From assembly GCA_965219955.1 (NCBI GenBank), contig OZ244799.1, positions 576,001-640,000 on the forward strand: DNA of 64,000 bases. Direction: 5' to 3'. Of this stretch, positions 11,595 to 20,180 are shown piece after piece. The DNA is from a bacterium (GTDB lineage Bacteria > UBA8248). Under the pieces are notes generated by a model, which saw only the letters and a list, made by a program, of their open reading frames with translations, had not been told where the DNA came from and made no database searches. The position numbers and the translations under genes are program-made. Every line of letters starts with the position of its first letter. The first letter of the stretch is position 1.

Positions 11595-13028
11595 ATGCCC
11601 CAAAATATCCTCGCCCCTCCCGTTCTGGAAGATTCCCTTGCGCCCGTCGAGACGCTGCGGCGCGTGGAGGTATTTCTAAGCGCCTTGGCCGCGCTTCCCA
11701 AGAAATCCTGGCGAGCCCGCCTGGATCCTCACGGCATCAAGGTGGAAGGGCCGGGACTCACCCGGGCCGCGCGTTTGTATGAAATCCTCGAAGTCCCGGT
11801 GGCGGGGCAGTCGGTCGTCCACGTCGTGGGGACGAGCGGCAAAGGCTCCACCGCGCTGATGCTGGCGCAGTCCCTCCTGGCGTCGGGCAAGAGAACCGCG
11901 GCTTTTTTCTCGCCTCACCTCACCTCGATCATCGAGCGTTTCTGGGTCCGGGGCCGTTTCGCCGAAGCCAGCCTCATCGGGCGGTGCGCGAAAGAACTCG
12001 CCGACGCCGCCGCGCAGATGGCGGGAGAACCCGGGTTCGGGCCGCCCTCGTTTTTCGAGTCGACGCTCGCGCTTTTGCTTCTGATGGCCAGGGAGGAAGA
12101 GTGTGAATACCTCGTTCTGGAAGCGGGGCTGGGGGGCGCATTCGACGCCACGAACGCCGTGGGACCCGGCGTCCTCGACGTGATCACCTCGATCGGCCTG
12201 GACCATACCGATCTGCTCGGCGATTCCGTCGCGCAGATTGCGCGCGACAAGGCCGGCATCATCACGGAGAGAGGCCGCGTCATCTCGCAAACCGTTTCGC
12301 CCGATGCGCGCGCCGAAATCGAGCGCGTCGCCTTTGAGCGCGGAGCCTGCCTGTTTCCTCCGCCCCGCGTGGAGAATCTGCGCCTGGCGTCAGACGGGGC
12401 TTTTTTCGATCTGGAATTCGACGACGGCGTCAGGTGGGAGGGTTTCACAACTCCCATGCCCGGCGCCCACCAGGCCCGAAACGCGAGCCTCGCCGCCGGG
12501 GCGGGCCGGCTCCTGGGGCTGGACGACCGGGAGGTGCGATGGGGCGTCGCCTCCGCGCGTCTGCCGTGCCGGATGGAGCCTGTCCAGTCCGCTCCCGTGG
12601 TCCTGCTGGACGGCGCGCACAACCGCGACAAGGCGCAGGCGCTGGTGGCGTGCGTCTCGGGCTGGGCGTTCGAGCGCCTCATTTTCGTTCTGGGCGCCGT
12701 GAACGACAAGGATTTCGCAGGGATGGCGGAAGTGCTCGCTCCTGCAGGGGATAAATTTTTCGTCACGATTCCTCCGGCAAGCGCACCAAGGCCCGGCCTT
12801 GCGCCGGAAGTATTTGCGCGCGCGCTCGAAGAGGCGGGGGCCGGCGGCGTGGAGACGCGCATCGACGCATGGGGGGCGCTCGATGAGGCGCTCGAAGAGG
12901 CGGGGGAGAACGACCTCCTCATCGTCACGGGGTCGATGTTCCTGGCCGGCGAACTCAGGCGCCGCTGGGTGAGCGAGGAGCGCATCGTGGAGAGCGGCAG
13001 CGCGTATCCCCCCGAGGCGCTCCTGTGA
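11595..13028 (+). CDS. folC: Folylpolyglutamate synthase/dihydrofolate synthase
   Basis: HVVGTSGKGST, SPHL, EAGLGG.FDATN, GLDH, DGAHN; adjacent to folP; start uncertain. Confidence 0.88.
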   Translation: MPQNILAPPVLEDSLAPVETLRRVEVFLSALAALPKKSWRARLDPHGIKVEGPGLTRAARLYEILEVPVAGQSVVHVVGTSGKGSTALMLAQSLLASGKRTAAFFSPHLTSIIERFWVRGRFAEASLIGRCAKELADAAAQMAGEPGFGPPSFFESTLALLLLMAREEECEYLVLEAGLGGAFDATNAVGPGVLDVITSIGLDHTDLLGDSVAQIARDKAGIITERGRVISQTVSPDARAEIERVAFERGACLFPPPRVENLRLASDGAFFDLEFDDGVRWEGFTTPMPGAHQARNASLAAGAGRLLGLDDREVRWGVASARLPCRMEPVQSAPVVLLDGAHNRDKAQALVACVSGWAFERLIFVLGAVNDKDFAGMAEVLAPAGDKFFVTIPPASAPRPGLAPEVFARALEEAGAGGVETRIDAWGALDEALEEAGENDLLIVTGSMFLAGELRRRWVSEERIVESGSAYPPEALL

Positions 13029-13906
13029 GAGAGGGCCTGCGCTTCGAACCTGTGAAGTGGGCTCCTGCGCCCGCCGTGAAGTGCCGCGGGCGCGAGCTTG
13101 ATTTCGAGCGGGTGCGGGTCATGGGCGTCCTGAACGCCACGCCCGACAGCTTTTCCGACGGCGGAGATTTTTTCGACCTCGAGACGGCGCTCGGGCAGAT
13201 CGCGCAGATGACCGAAGAGGGCGCCGACGTCATCGACATCGGCGGCGAGAGCACCCGGCCCGGATCGAGCGGGGTGGACAAGGCGGAGGAAATCCGGCGG
13301 GTCATCCCGATTCTGGAACGCATGAACATGAATGAGGGGCCTCTCGTCTCGGTGGATACCTCGAAAGCCGGCGTGGCGCGGGCGGCGCTCGAAGCGGGGG
13401 TTCACATGATTAACGACGTCACGGGCCTTCGTGATCCCGGGATGCGCGCGGTGATCGCGGAGTCAGGCGCCGCAGCCGTCGCCATGCACATGAAGGGCGA
13501 GCCGCGCACGATGCAGGTAAACCCCGAATACGGGGACCTCATGGGCGAGTTGTCGGGCTATCTCCGCGAAAGCGCGCGGAGGGCTGAGGCGGACGGGGTC
13601 GCGTCCGTGCTGATCGACCCGGGCGTCGGTTTCGGCAAATCGTGGGATCATAACCTCGAGATATTGAGGCGGATGGGTGAGTTGAGGGAATTGGGCCGGC
13701 CTCTCGTCGTCGGCGTTTCGAGAAAGGGTTTCATCGGGGCGATCACGGGCGTCGAGGCGGCGGGGGAGCGGCTGATCGGCTCGAAAGTCGCCGAGGCCTT
13801 CGCCGTCGCCGGCGGGGCGGACATGATTCGCACCCACGACGTGGGGGCGGCCGTCGAGGCGGTGCGCATGGGCGAGGCGGTTCGCCGGGGAAGCGTTGAA
13901 GTTTGA
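13025..13906 (+). CDS. folP: Dihydropteroate synthase
   Basis: MGVLNATPDSFSDGG, DIGGESTRPG, DPGVGFGK, SRKGF, RTHDV. Confidence 0.96.
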   Translation: MREGLRFEPVKWAPAPAVKCRGRELDFERVRVMGVLNATPDSFSDGGDFFDLETALGQIAQMTEEGADVIDIGGESTRPGSSGVDKAEEIRRVIPILERMNMNEGPLVSVDTSKAGVARAALEAGVHMINDVTGLRDPGMRAVIAESGAAAVAMHMKGEPRTMQVNPEYGDLMGELSGYLRESARRAEADGVASVLIDPGVGFGKSWDHNLEILRRMGELRELGRPLVVGVSRKGFIGAITGVEAAGERLIGSKVAEAFAVAGGADMIRTHDVGAAVEAVRMGEAVRRGSVEV

Positions 13907-13954
13907 AGGTGGTCTGATGCAGCCGCCCCTTTCCTGCTCGAATCGAACCGATAT

Positions 13955-14149
13955 GGGGTTGTTGAATAAGCCTTCTCCGCCTCATCCTGAGTAGCGGCGA
14001 AGCCGCGTATCGAAGGACGCCCTCTCGCTCGGCGCGAGGCGTTCGACTTCCCTCGCCCTTCGATACGCCGCCTTCGGCGGCTACTCAGGGTGAGGAAAAG
14101 GGTGTTGGCGATTTGTAGGGATCGCAGACGGAGCTTTTTCAACAGTTCC
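13955..14149. mobile_element. MITE-like element with 14-bp TIRs, GATAT target duplication and an internal long palindrome
   Basis: GATAT|GGGGTTGTTGAATA ... TTTTCAACAGTTCC|GATAT; internal arms at about 13980-14016 and 14057-14095. Confidence 0.75.
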
Positions 14150-14200
14150 GATATGGATGTTCTTGTCCTCATATATTCGTCATAAGGGAAGACCGGCGTC

Positions 14201-15061
14201 TTGATGGAATACATTTTCGAGTTCTGGTGGATGCTGCCCGTCGCGTTTTGCGTGTGCCTCACGGCGACGAGCACGAGCGTGGAGGGCGCGGTTTTCTTCG
14301 CGCCCATATTCATCCTCCTCTTCCCCTGGGCGGCGGGCGTGACCATCGTCCCCCTGGAGGCCGTTTTTCTGGCGCTTTCCATCGAGATTTTCGGGTTCGG
14401 CAGCGCGCTCACCGGCTACATGAGGAGAAGGCTGGTGGATTACGACATCGCGAAAAAGGTGCTCGTCGTCTCCATCCCCGTGGGCATGGCGTTCGGGTTC
14501 CTGGCCCATTCGGTGCCCGCCGGGCTCATCCTGGGCCTGCTGGGCGGGATGATGGTGCTTCTCTCGGCCGCCATGCTCTTCGCTTACTTCCAGGGCGGAA
14601 TCCAGGAAGCGGAGCAGGCGGCGGAAACCGGAAAACCCACCCGGGTGGACGCCGCGGGCAGGAGGTACTGGTACCGCTACGAGCACGGGGCCTTCGGCTA
14701 CAGTTGGTCGGCCCTGGGGGGAGTCCTCGTGGGGTTTACGGGCATCGGAATCGGCGAACTCACGACCACCGCCCTGATCGTGAAGGACAAACTCCCCGTC
14801 CGCGTGGCGGTGGGCACGGGAATCCTGATCGTATTCGCGACGGTGCTGCCCGCCACACTGGTGCACGCCTACGTGTTCTCATCCGGCGAGGTGAACGTGC
14901 ACTGGAACATCCTGTTCATGACGATCCCCGCGGTCGCTTGCGGGGGGCAGATATCGCCCTTCATCAACAACCGCGTCGACGGCGAGAAGATGAAGGTGTT
15001 CCTCGCCTTCGTCTTCATCTTCGTGGGCGTGTTGCTTCTCTGGCGCTCGCTCGGCGGCTAG
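14201..15061 (+). CDS. TauE/SafE (sulfite exporter-like) membrane protein
   Basis: About 8 hydrophobic helices in two repeats; GA.FF.P and GFTGIGIGE motifs. Confidence 0.75.
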   Translation: MMEYIFEFWWMLPVAFCVCLTATSTSVEGAVFFAPIFILLFPWAAGVTIVPLEAVFLALSIEIFGFGSALTGYMRRRLVDYDIAKKVLVVSIPVGMAFGFLAHSVPAGLILGLLGGMMVLLSAAMLFAYFQGGIQEAEQAAETGKPTRVDAAGRRYWYRYEHGAFGYSWSALGGVLVGFTGIGIGELTTTALIVKDKLPVRVAVGTGILIVFATVLPATLVHAYVFSSGEVNVHWNILFMTIPAVACGGQISPFINNRVDGEKMKVFLAFVFIFVGVLLLWRSLGG

Positions 15062-15071
15062 GCGCGATCAC

Positions 15072-16070
15072 TTGACTGACAGCACCCGGTCCGTCGTCGT
15101 CATAGGCCCAGGCGCCGTGGGAACCATGCTCGCGGCGCAGCTGCAGAAACACTTGCCCGAAGGCCGCGTGTATCTGGCCGGTTCCGCGAACCCGAGCCCC
15201 GAAACCTCCGCGCATCTCGATGCAATAGAAAACGAAGGCGTCAGTGTCCACGGCGAGGCGGACTATACGGCACGCCCCCTGGTGTGCCGGGGAGCCATGG
15301 GCCTCACGGCCTCGCACCTTTTCTTCACCGTAAAAGCGGGGCGAGTCGAAGCGGCGGCCGAAGAATTCTCAAAAATGGCGGGGGAGGGGACGATTACGGC
15401 CGTTTTCTCGAACGGCCTGGACGTTTGCGAGGACCTCCCGGGCTCTTTCCGGGAACACGGGGTGGTGCGTGGTCTGGTCAACACGGGAGCGGAGATCACG
15501 AAGCCGGGGCATGTGAACCAGTTCGGCGCGCTGGACGTCACCCTGGCCCCCGAGCCGGGAGCAGTCGAGGACTCCCCACACGTCGCGCGATTGGCGGAAT
15601 TCCTTGAACCTACGGGGATTCGCGTCCGCCGGAAACGCGACGGCAAGGAAGCGGAATGGAGGAAGGCGGCCGCCAACGCCGTCATCAACCCCCTGGGCGC
15701 CGCGCTTGAGCTCAGAAACGGCGAGCTGCTGGAAACCCCCTCCGCCGCGGTGCTCGTGGAGGCCCTGGCGAAGGAATTGCAGGCGCTCGTCGACTCGGAA
15801 GGCTTGGCGCTCGACGTTCTTGAGATCGTCCGCGAAACCGCGCGCGCCACGGCCGGCAACAGGAATTCCATGTGGCAGGATTTGATGCGGGGCCGCCGGA
15901 GCGAGATTCGCGAAGTGACGGGACGCTTCATCGAGCGCGCGGATGCGCGCGGCATCTTGTTTTCCGCCCATAAATCGCTGTATTATCGGGTATTGTCTTT
16001 AGAAAAAAGCTCTTCCTCCCACGATGCGCCTGGCGATGCGCGCCTTGACATCGAGGGAGGGAATTCATAA
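15072..16070 (+). CDS. panE: 2-dehydropantoate 2-reductase
   Basis: GPGAVG Rossmann motif, TVKA, SNGL, WRK...NAVINP, NSMWQD..GRRSEI; adjacent to panB. Confidence 0.85.
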   Translation: MTDSTRSVVVIGPGAVGTMLAAQLQKHLPEGRVYLAGSANPSPETSAHLDAIENEGVSVHGEADYTARPLVCRGAMGLTASHLFFTVKAGRVEAAAEEFSKMAGEGTITAVFSNGLDVCEDLPGSFREHGVVRGLVNTGAEITKPGHVNQFGALDVTLAPEPGAVEDSPHVARLAEFLEPTGIRVRRKRDGKEAEWRKAAANAVINPLGAALELRNGELLETPSAAVLVEALAKELQALVDSEGLALDVLEIVRETARATAGNRNSMWQDLMRGRRSEIREVTGRFIERADARGILFSAHKSLYYRVLSLEKSSSSHDAPGDARLDIEGGNS

Positions 16071-16073
16071 TCT
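16045..16073 (+). promoter_or_regulatory. Sigma70-like promoter for panB
   Basis: TTGACA-N17-TAATCT at the end of panE. Confidence 0.55.
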
Positions 16074-16180
16074 TTTCAGTCCGTGCCGGGAGCCGCTGGC
16101 CCCGGACACATTGTGGGGAAAACGGAAGCATCTCAAAACTGGCCTTGCAGCAGGCGTTCACCCAACAAGAGGGAGCGACC

Positions 16181-17053
16181 ATGAGCACAAAAAGCCTCGC
16201 CAAGCAGCATTCAAATGGTAAAACTTCCATCAACGGAAACGGCGCACCAAAGAAAGCGCGCAAGAAAATCACCACCTCCATCATTCTGGCGCGCAAGGGC
16301 GGGAAGAAGATCACCTCCGTCACCGCGTATGACTACCCCACGACGAAGCTCGTGGACGGCGCCGACGTGGACGTCATCCTGGTCGGCGACAGCCTGGGGA
16401 TGGTGGTTCTGGGCTATCCCGACACGACGAAGGTGACGCTCGACGACATGGTGCACCACACCCTGGCGGTGAGCCGCGCCAAGCCCAAGGCGCTGCTCGT
16501 GGCCGACATGCCGTTCCTGACCTTCGGGGTCAGCGCGCGCGACACCATTCTGAACGCGGGGCGTCTCATACAGGAGGGCTGCGCCGAGGCGGTGAAGCTC
16601 GAAGGCGGCGTCCGCGTCAAGGAAGAGATACGCGCGGTGGTGGACAGCCAGATTCCCGTCATGGGGCACGTGGGCCTCACCCCCCAGAGCGTCCATGCGT
16701 TCGGCGGCTTCAAGGTGCAGGGCAAGACCGATGAAGGGGCGGATCAGGTGCTGCGCGACGCGGTGGCCGTGCAGGAGGGGGGCGCGTTCTCCCTCGTGCT
16801 CGAAGGCATACCGGCGGCCCTGGGCGCTCGCGTGACGCGCGAGATCGATATCCCCACCATCGGCATCGGCGCAGGCCCCGATTGCGACGGCCAGGTGCTC
16901 GTCACCCACGACATGCTGGGCCTGTTCCGCGACTTCACGCCGAAATTCGTGAAGAGGTATGCCGATGTCGGGCATATGACCACCGAGGCGATAGACAGCT
17001 ACTGCCGGGAGGTGCGGGAGGGCGCGTTTCCCGCGGAAGAGCATTGTTTCTGA
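16181..17053 (+). CDS. panB: 3-methyl-2-oxobutanoate hydroxymethyltransferase
   Basis: TAYDY, ILVGDSLGM, ADMPF, VKLEGG, GHVGLTPQS, IGIGAG, DGQVLV. Confidence 0.97.
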   Translation: MSTKSLAKQHSNGKTSINGNGAPKKARKKITTSIILARKGGKKITSVTAYDYPTTKLVDGADVDVILVGDSLGMVVLGYPDTTKVTLDDMVHHTLAVSRAKPKALLVADMPFLTFGVSARDTILNAGRLIQEGCAEAVKLEGGVRVKEEIRAVVDSQIPVMGHVGLTPQSVHAFGGFKVQGKTDEGADQVLRDAVAVQEGGAFSLVLEGIPAALGARVTREIDIPTIGIGAGPDCDGQVLVTHDMLGLFRDFTPKFVKRYADVGHMTTEAIDSYCREVREGAFPAEEHCF

Positions 17054-17086
17054 TTTTTCTCAGCGGGTAGACACGATGCTTTAACC

Positions 17087-17128
17087 AGAGGGCGGGCTCC
17101 CGAAAGGGGAGTGCCGCCTTCTCTTTTG
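17087..17128 (+). terminator. Probable intrinsic terminator after panB
   Basis: GC-rich hairpin around a GAAA loop followed by a T-rich tract. Confidence 0.6.
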
Positions 17129-17282
17129 TTGTTCACCAACCAGAGTTTCTCTCATGCGGTTCGCAGGCGCGCCTTGAAGTTTTCGGGCGAGGCGGGTTGC
17201 GAACCTTAGGCGAAAGCGTTTCCTGATCACGCAGGGGCGGATCAAGACCCCCGAACCCTGAGAAGACGCACGGCGGGGAGGT

Positions 17283-17999
17283 ATGCCCATGAAGGCGCTG
17301 GCGCTGGCCGTGAGGTTCTTGACGGTTTTGCCCTGGCCCGGCGCGCCCCGGGGGCCGGAAGGGGGAGACATGGCGCGCGCCCTCGCGCGATTTCCCTTCG
17401 TCGGGCTGCTTATCGGGGCGGTCCTCATCGCCCTGGACTGGGCGCTTGCGAGCGCTTTTTCCGTTTCCGTGCGGAGCGCCCTGCTCGTCTTCGCGCTCAT
17501 CGTTTTGACCCGCGGCAGCTCCCTGCGTGGCTTTTCGGATTTCGTGGACGCGCTGGGGCCGGGAAACGATGCAGGAGAAGGTTCAGCGGGCTCGGTGGGC
17601 ATACTGCTCGTTATCGGCGCGCTCCTGCTCAAATTCGCCGCCCTGAGCGAACTCCAGGGATATGAGCGCTACGTTGCGCTCCTGTTGTCGCCCGTTCTCG
17701 CCCGGGCGGCGATGGCCTGCCTCATCGCCTCGCCGCCATCCGTACAGCAAGCGGTGGGCGGCAGTCGGGAATTCGCTCGGCCGTCAAGCCCGCGGGAGGG
17801 ATACATCGCGCTGGGCTGGTCATTTCTGCTCTGCTTCCTCCTTGGATGGTTCTGGGGGCTCTTCCTGGCCATCGTGGCCTTGTGCGTCACATGGGGTCTC
17901 AAGCGCCTCCTTGACAAACCGGGGAGAGAAGTCAGAGATGCGCCCGGCGCCGTGAGTGAAATCGTCGAGACCATGACGCTCGTTCTTTTTTCTGCATAG
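17283..17999 (+). CDS. cobS: CobS-like (cobalamin synthase) membrane protein with degenerate motifs
   Basis: FLT.LP, FP.VG, LLKF..L and GA..E pattern, multi-TM; canonical HLDG and MKD motifs are missing. Confidence 0.6.
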   Translation: MPMKALALAVRFLTVLPWPGAPRGPEGGDMARALARFPFVGLLIGAVLIALDWALASAFSVSVRSALLVFALIVLTRGSSLRGFSDFVDALGPGNDAGEGSAGSVGILLVIGALLLKFAALSELQGYERYVALLLSPVLARAAMACLIASPPSVQQAVGGSREFARPSSPREGYIALGWSFLLCFLLGWFWGLFLAIVALCVTWGLKRLLDKPGREVRDAPGAVSEIVETMTLVLFSA

Positions 18000-18215
18000 A
18001 AAAAGTTTTTTCTGGTTTTTTCCCGTTCTGTTTCTAATTTTCCCCCACCACTCCCCACACTATTTTTAATTTAAGTTTAACTTCAATAAATTAAGTAAAT
18101 TTATTGAAGTTATACATTAAATAATTTGCCTGAAATAAGCGAAAAGAATATAAGATATTTCCTGGTTTTTCTTCATAGAAATCATTGTTTTTTATTGCTT
18201 TTCTAAATTTTCACC

Positions 18216-18290
18216 TTGACAGGCTTTTCGGGCCGGGGTATAAATTTAAACTCAAGTGGGAAAATATGGGATGAAGTGGGAGGTGCAGGG
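18216..18290 (+). promoter_or_regulatory. dcw promoter with MraZ binding boxes
   Basis: TTGACA-N17-TATAAA, then GTGGG/ATGGG/GTGGG/CAGGG at exact 10-bp spacing (18256, 18266, 18276, 18286). Confidence 0.8.
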
Positions 18291-18293
18291 AAG

Positions 18294-18752
18294 ATGCTCA
18301 TCAGCGCCCATCCGGTATCGGTGGATGCAAAAGGCCGCGTCAGTATTCCGGCGCGGTTCAGGGAGCATCTGAGCGCCACTTTCGGCGACCAGGTCATTCT
18401 CCTCGGCAAGGACGGCTGCATTTTCGTCTATCCCGTTCAGGAATGGAAACGCAAGTTCAGCGAGAAACTCAAGGAACTCTCGACCTCGTCCAAAGAGGTT
18501 CGCCGCACGCTCCGAAGGCTCTATGGCCGCGCCGAATCGTGCGAATTCGATCGGCAGGGCAGGATCCTCCTGCCCGCAAAATTGCGCTCGAATTCTTCCA
18601 TCGAGAAGGACGCCGTTGTCGCGGGCATCGAAAACAGGCTGGAGATTTGGGACAAGGCGAAATGGAATGAGGAAGTGGGTGATGTGGAGGATGGGGAATC
18701 CGGGGGCGCCGAAGAGGAGTCTGCAGAAGATTTGATCGAATTCGAATTCTGA
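18294..18752 (+). CDS. mraZ: Division/cell wall cluster repressor MraZ
   Basis: DAKGRVSIPARFR and DRQGRILLP repeats, RLEIWD. Confidence 0.95.
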   Translation: MLISAHPVSVDAKGRVSIPARFREHLSATFGDQVILLGKDGCIFVYPVQEWKRKFSEKLKELSTSSKEVRRTLRRLYGRAESCEFDRQGRILLPAKLRSNSSIEKDAVVAGIENRLEIWDKAKWNEEVGDVEDGESGGAEEESAEDLIEFEF

Positions 18753-18851
18753 TGCGGGCTCAAGGGGGGAGCGGGGGTGTTTGCCGCACTGGAAAAATCC
18801 ATTTCAAGCGAATACGCCGCAGAAGAACTTTTTTGCGGTGAGAACGAGGAC

Positions 18852-19781
18852 ATGACGGCATCTCACGTCCCGGTCATGGTTCAGGAGGTTTTGCGCTTCC
18901 TGGCGCCATCTCCGGGCGCTGTGTTCTTAGATACTACCTTGGGCGGAGGGGAACACAGCGGCGCGGTTTTGGATGCGGTTCAGCCATCGGGTGTGCTGAT
19001 CGGCTGTGACCGGGACCGGGATGCCGTCGAAATCTGCAGGAAGCGGCTGTCGAAATACGGATCCGCCGCCAGGATTCATCACGCGCACCACGGCGAAATG
19101 AAGCGCATCGTGAGAGCCGAGGGGTACGAGTCGGTCGACGGCGTTTTGTTCGACCTCGGCCTTTCCTCGATGCAGCTCGACACGCCCGGCCGCGGGTTCC
19201 GCATGAACGCGCCCGAGCCTCTGGACATGCGAATGGACCAGACGCAGGGGCCGACCGCGGCCGATTTGCTCGAGCAATTGCCGGAAGAAGAACTCGCCGA
19301 TCTCATCTATCGATACGGGGAAGAACGCCACTCCCGCGCCATCGCGCGCGCCATCGGACGGGCGCGCGCGGGCGCGGGTGGAGGCGTGAAGCGTTGCGAT
19401 GAACTCGCGTCGCTCATCGCCACGGTCGCCGCCAGAAGGAGCGGCCGCCGCGGGAGGCGTTGGCGCATTCACCCCGCGACCCGCACGTTCCAGGCGCTGC
19501 GGATCGCCGTGAACCGCGAGATGGAGACGCTCGAGGATTCCCTGCGCGATGCGGTGGACCTCCTGCGCCCGGGCGGGCGCGTCGTCGTCATCAGCTTTCA
19601 TTCCTTAGAAGACAGAATCGTCAAGAATCTCTTTCGCGAACTCGCAGGCGGCGAGGAGCCGACCCTCGAAATCCTGACCCGCAAGGTCGTCCGGCCCGGT
19701 GAGGCGGAGGTGAGAGAAAACCCGCGCAGCCGCAGCGCGAAGCTGCGCGCCGCCGGGCGCCTCGGGGAAGACGCAGGATGA
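18852..19781 (+). CDS. rsmH: 16S rRNA m4C1402 methyltransferase
   Basis: HVPVM, DTTLGGGEHS, DLGLSSMQLD, HPATRTFQALRIAVN, SFHSLEDR, NPRSRSAKLR. Confidence 0.96.
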   Translation: MTASHVPVMVQEVLRFLAPSPGAVFLDTTLGGGEHSGAVLDAVQPSGVLIGCDRDRDAVEICRKRLSKYGSAARIHHAHHGEMKRIVRAEGYESVDGVLFDLGLSSMQLDTPGRGFRMNAPEPLDMRMDQTQGPTAADLLEQLPEEELADLIYRYGEERHSRAIARAIGRARAGAGGGVKRCDELASLIATVAARRSGRRGRRWRIHPATRTFQALRIAVNREMETLEDSLRDAVDLLRPGGRVVVISFHSLEDRIVKNLFRELAGGEEPTLEILTRKVVRPGEAEVRENPRSRSAKLRAAGRLGEDAG

Positions 19782-20143
19782 GGCGCCCGAAAGCCCGGAG
19801 CGGGTGGCGAAAGAGGTTCGGCGCGCGGTTTTCCGGCGCGGCGTCGTCCGTCGGTTCGGGCGTTTCGCTGCTCAAGGCCGGCCTGTGCATCACTTTCATC
19901 GCGTGCAGCGCCGCCGCCCTGGTATGGCCGCACCTGGAAATGGTGAAGATCGGATATCGCCTGGCGCATCTGGAGCGGCAGCGGGCAAAGCTCTTGCAGG
20001 ACAGGCGCGTCTTGCGAATCGAAGTGGCCGCGCTCCGGCAGCTGGATCGCGTCGAATCGATCGCGCGAAAAAAAATGGAAATGGTTTTTCCGGAACCCGG
20101 GCAAATAGTGTATGTAATGGTAGGGCCCGGAAGGGTAGAATAA
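19778..20143 (+). CDS. ftsL: Cell division protein FtsL
   Basis: One TM helix plus leucine coiled coil, RVESIARKKMEM; between rsmH and ftsI. Confidence 0.85.
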   Translation: MRRPKARSGWRKRFGARFSGAASSVGSGVSLLKAGLCITFIACSAAALVWPHLEMVKIGYRLAHLERQRAKLLQDRRVLRIEVAALRQLDRVESIARKKMEMVFPEPGQIVYVMVGPGRVE

Positions 20144-20180
20144 CCGTTCCTTCCTCCCACCGCCCATAGCAGGTTGGCCC

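Noticed and set aside
8819-11701. Long antisense ORFs (960 aa here; also 32866-35493, 25601-27373 and others)
   Set aside because: These are shadow frames of well-supported genes in high-GC DNA, with no recognisable motifs.
17130-17282. Cobalamin riboswitch upstream of the cobS-like gene
   Set aside because: No B12-box or other conserved riboswitch elements were seen.
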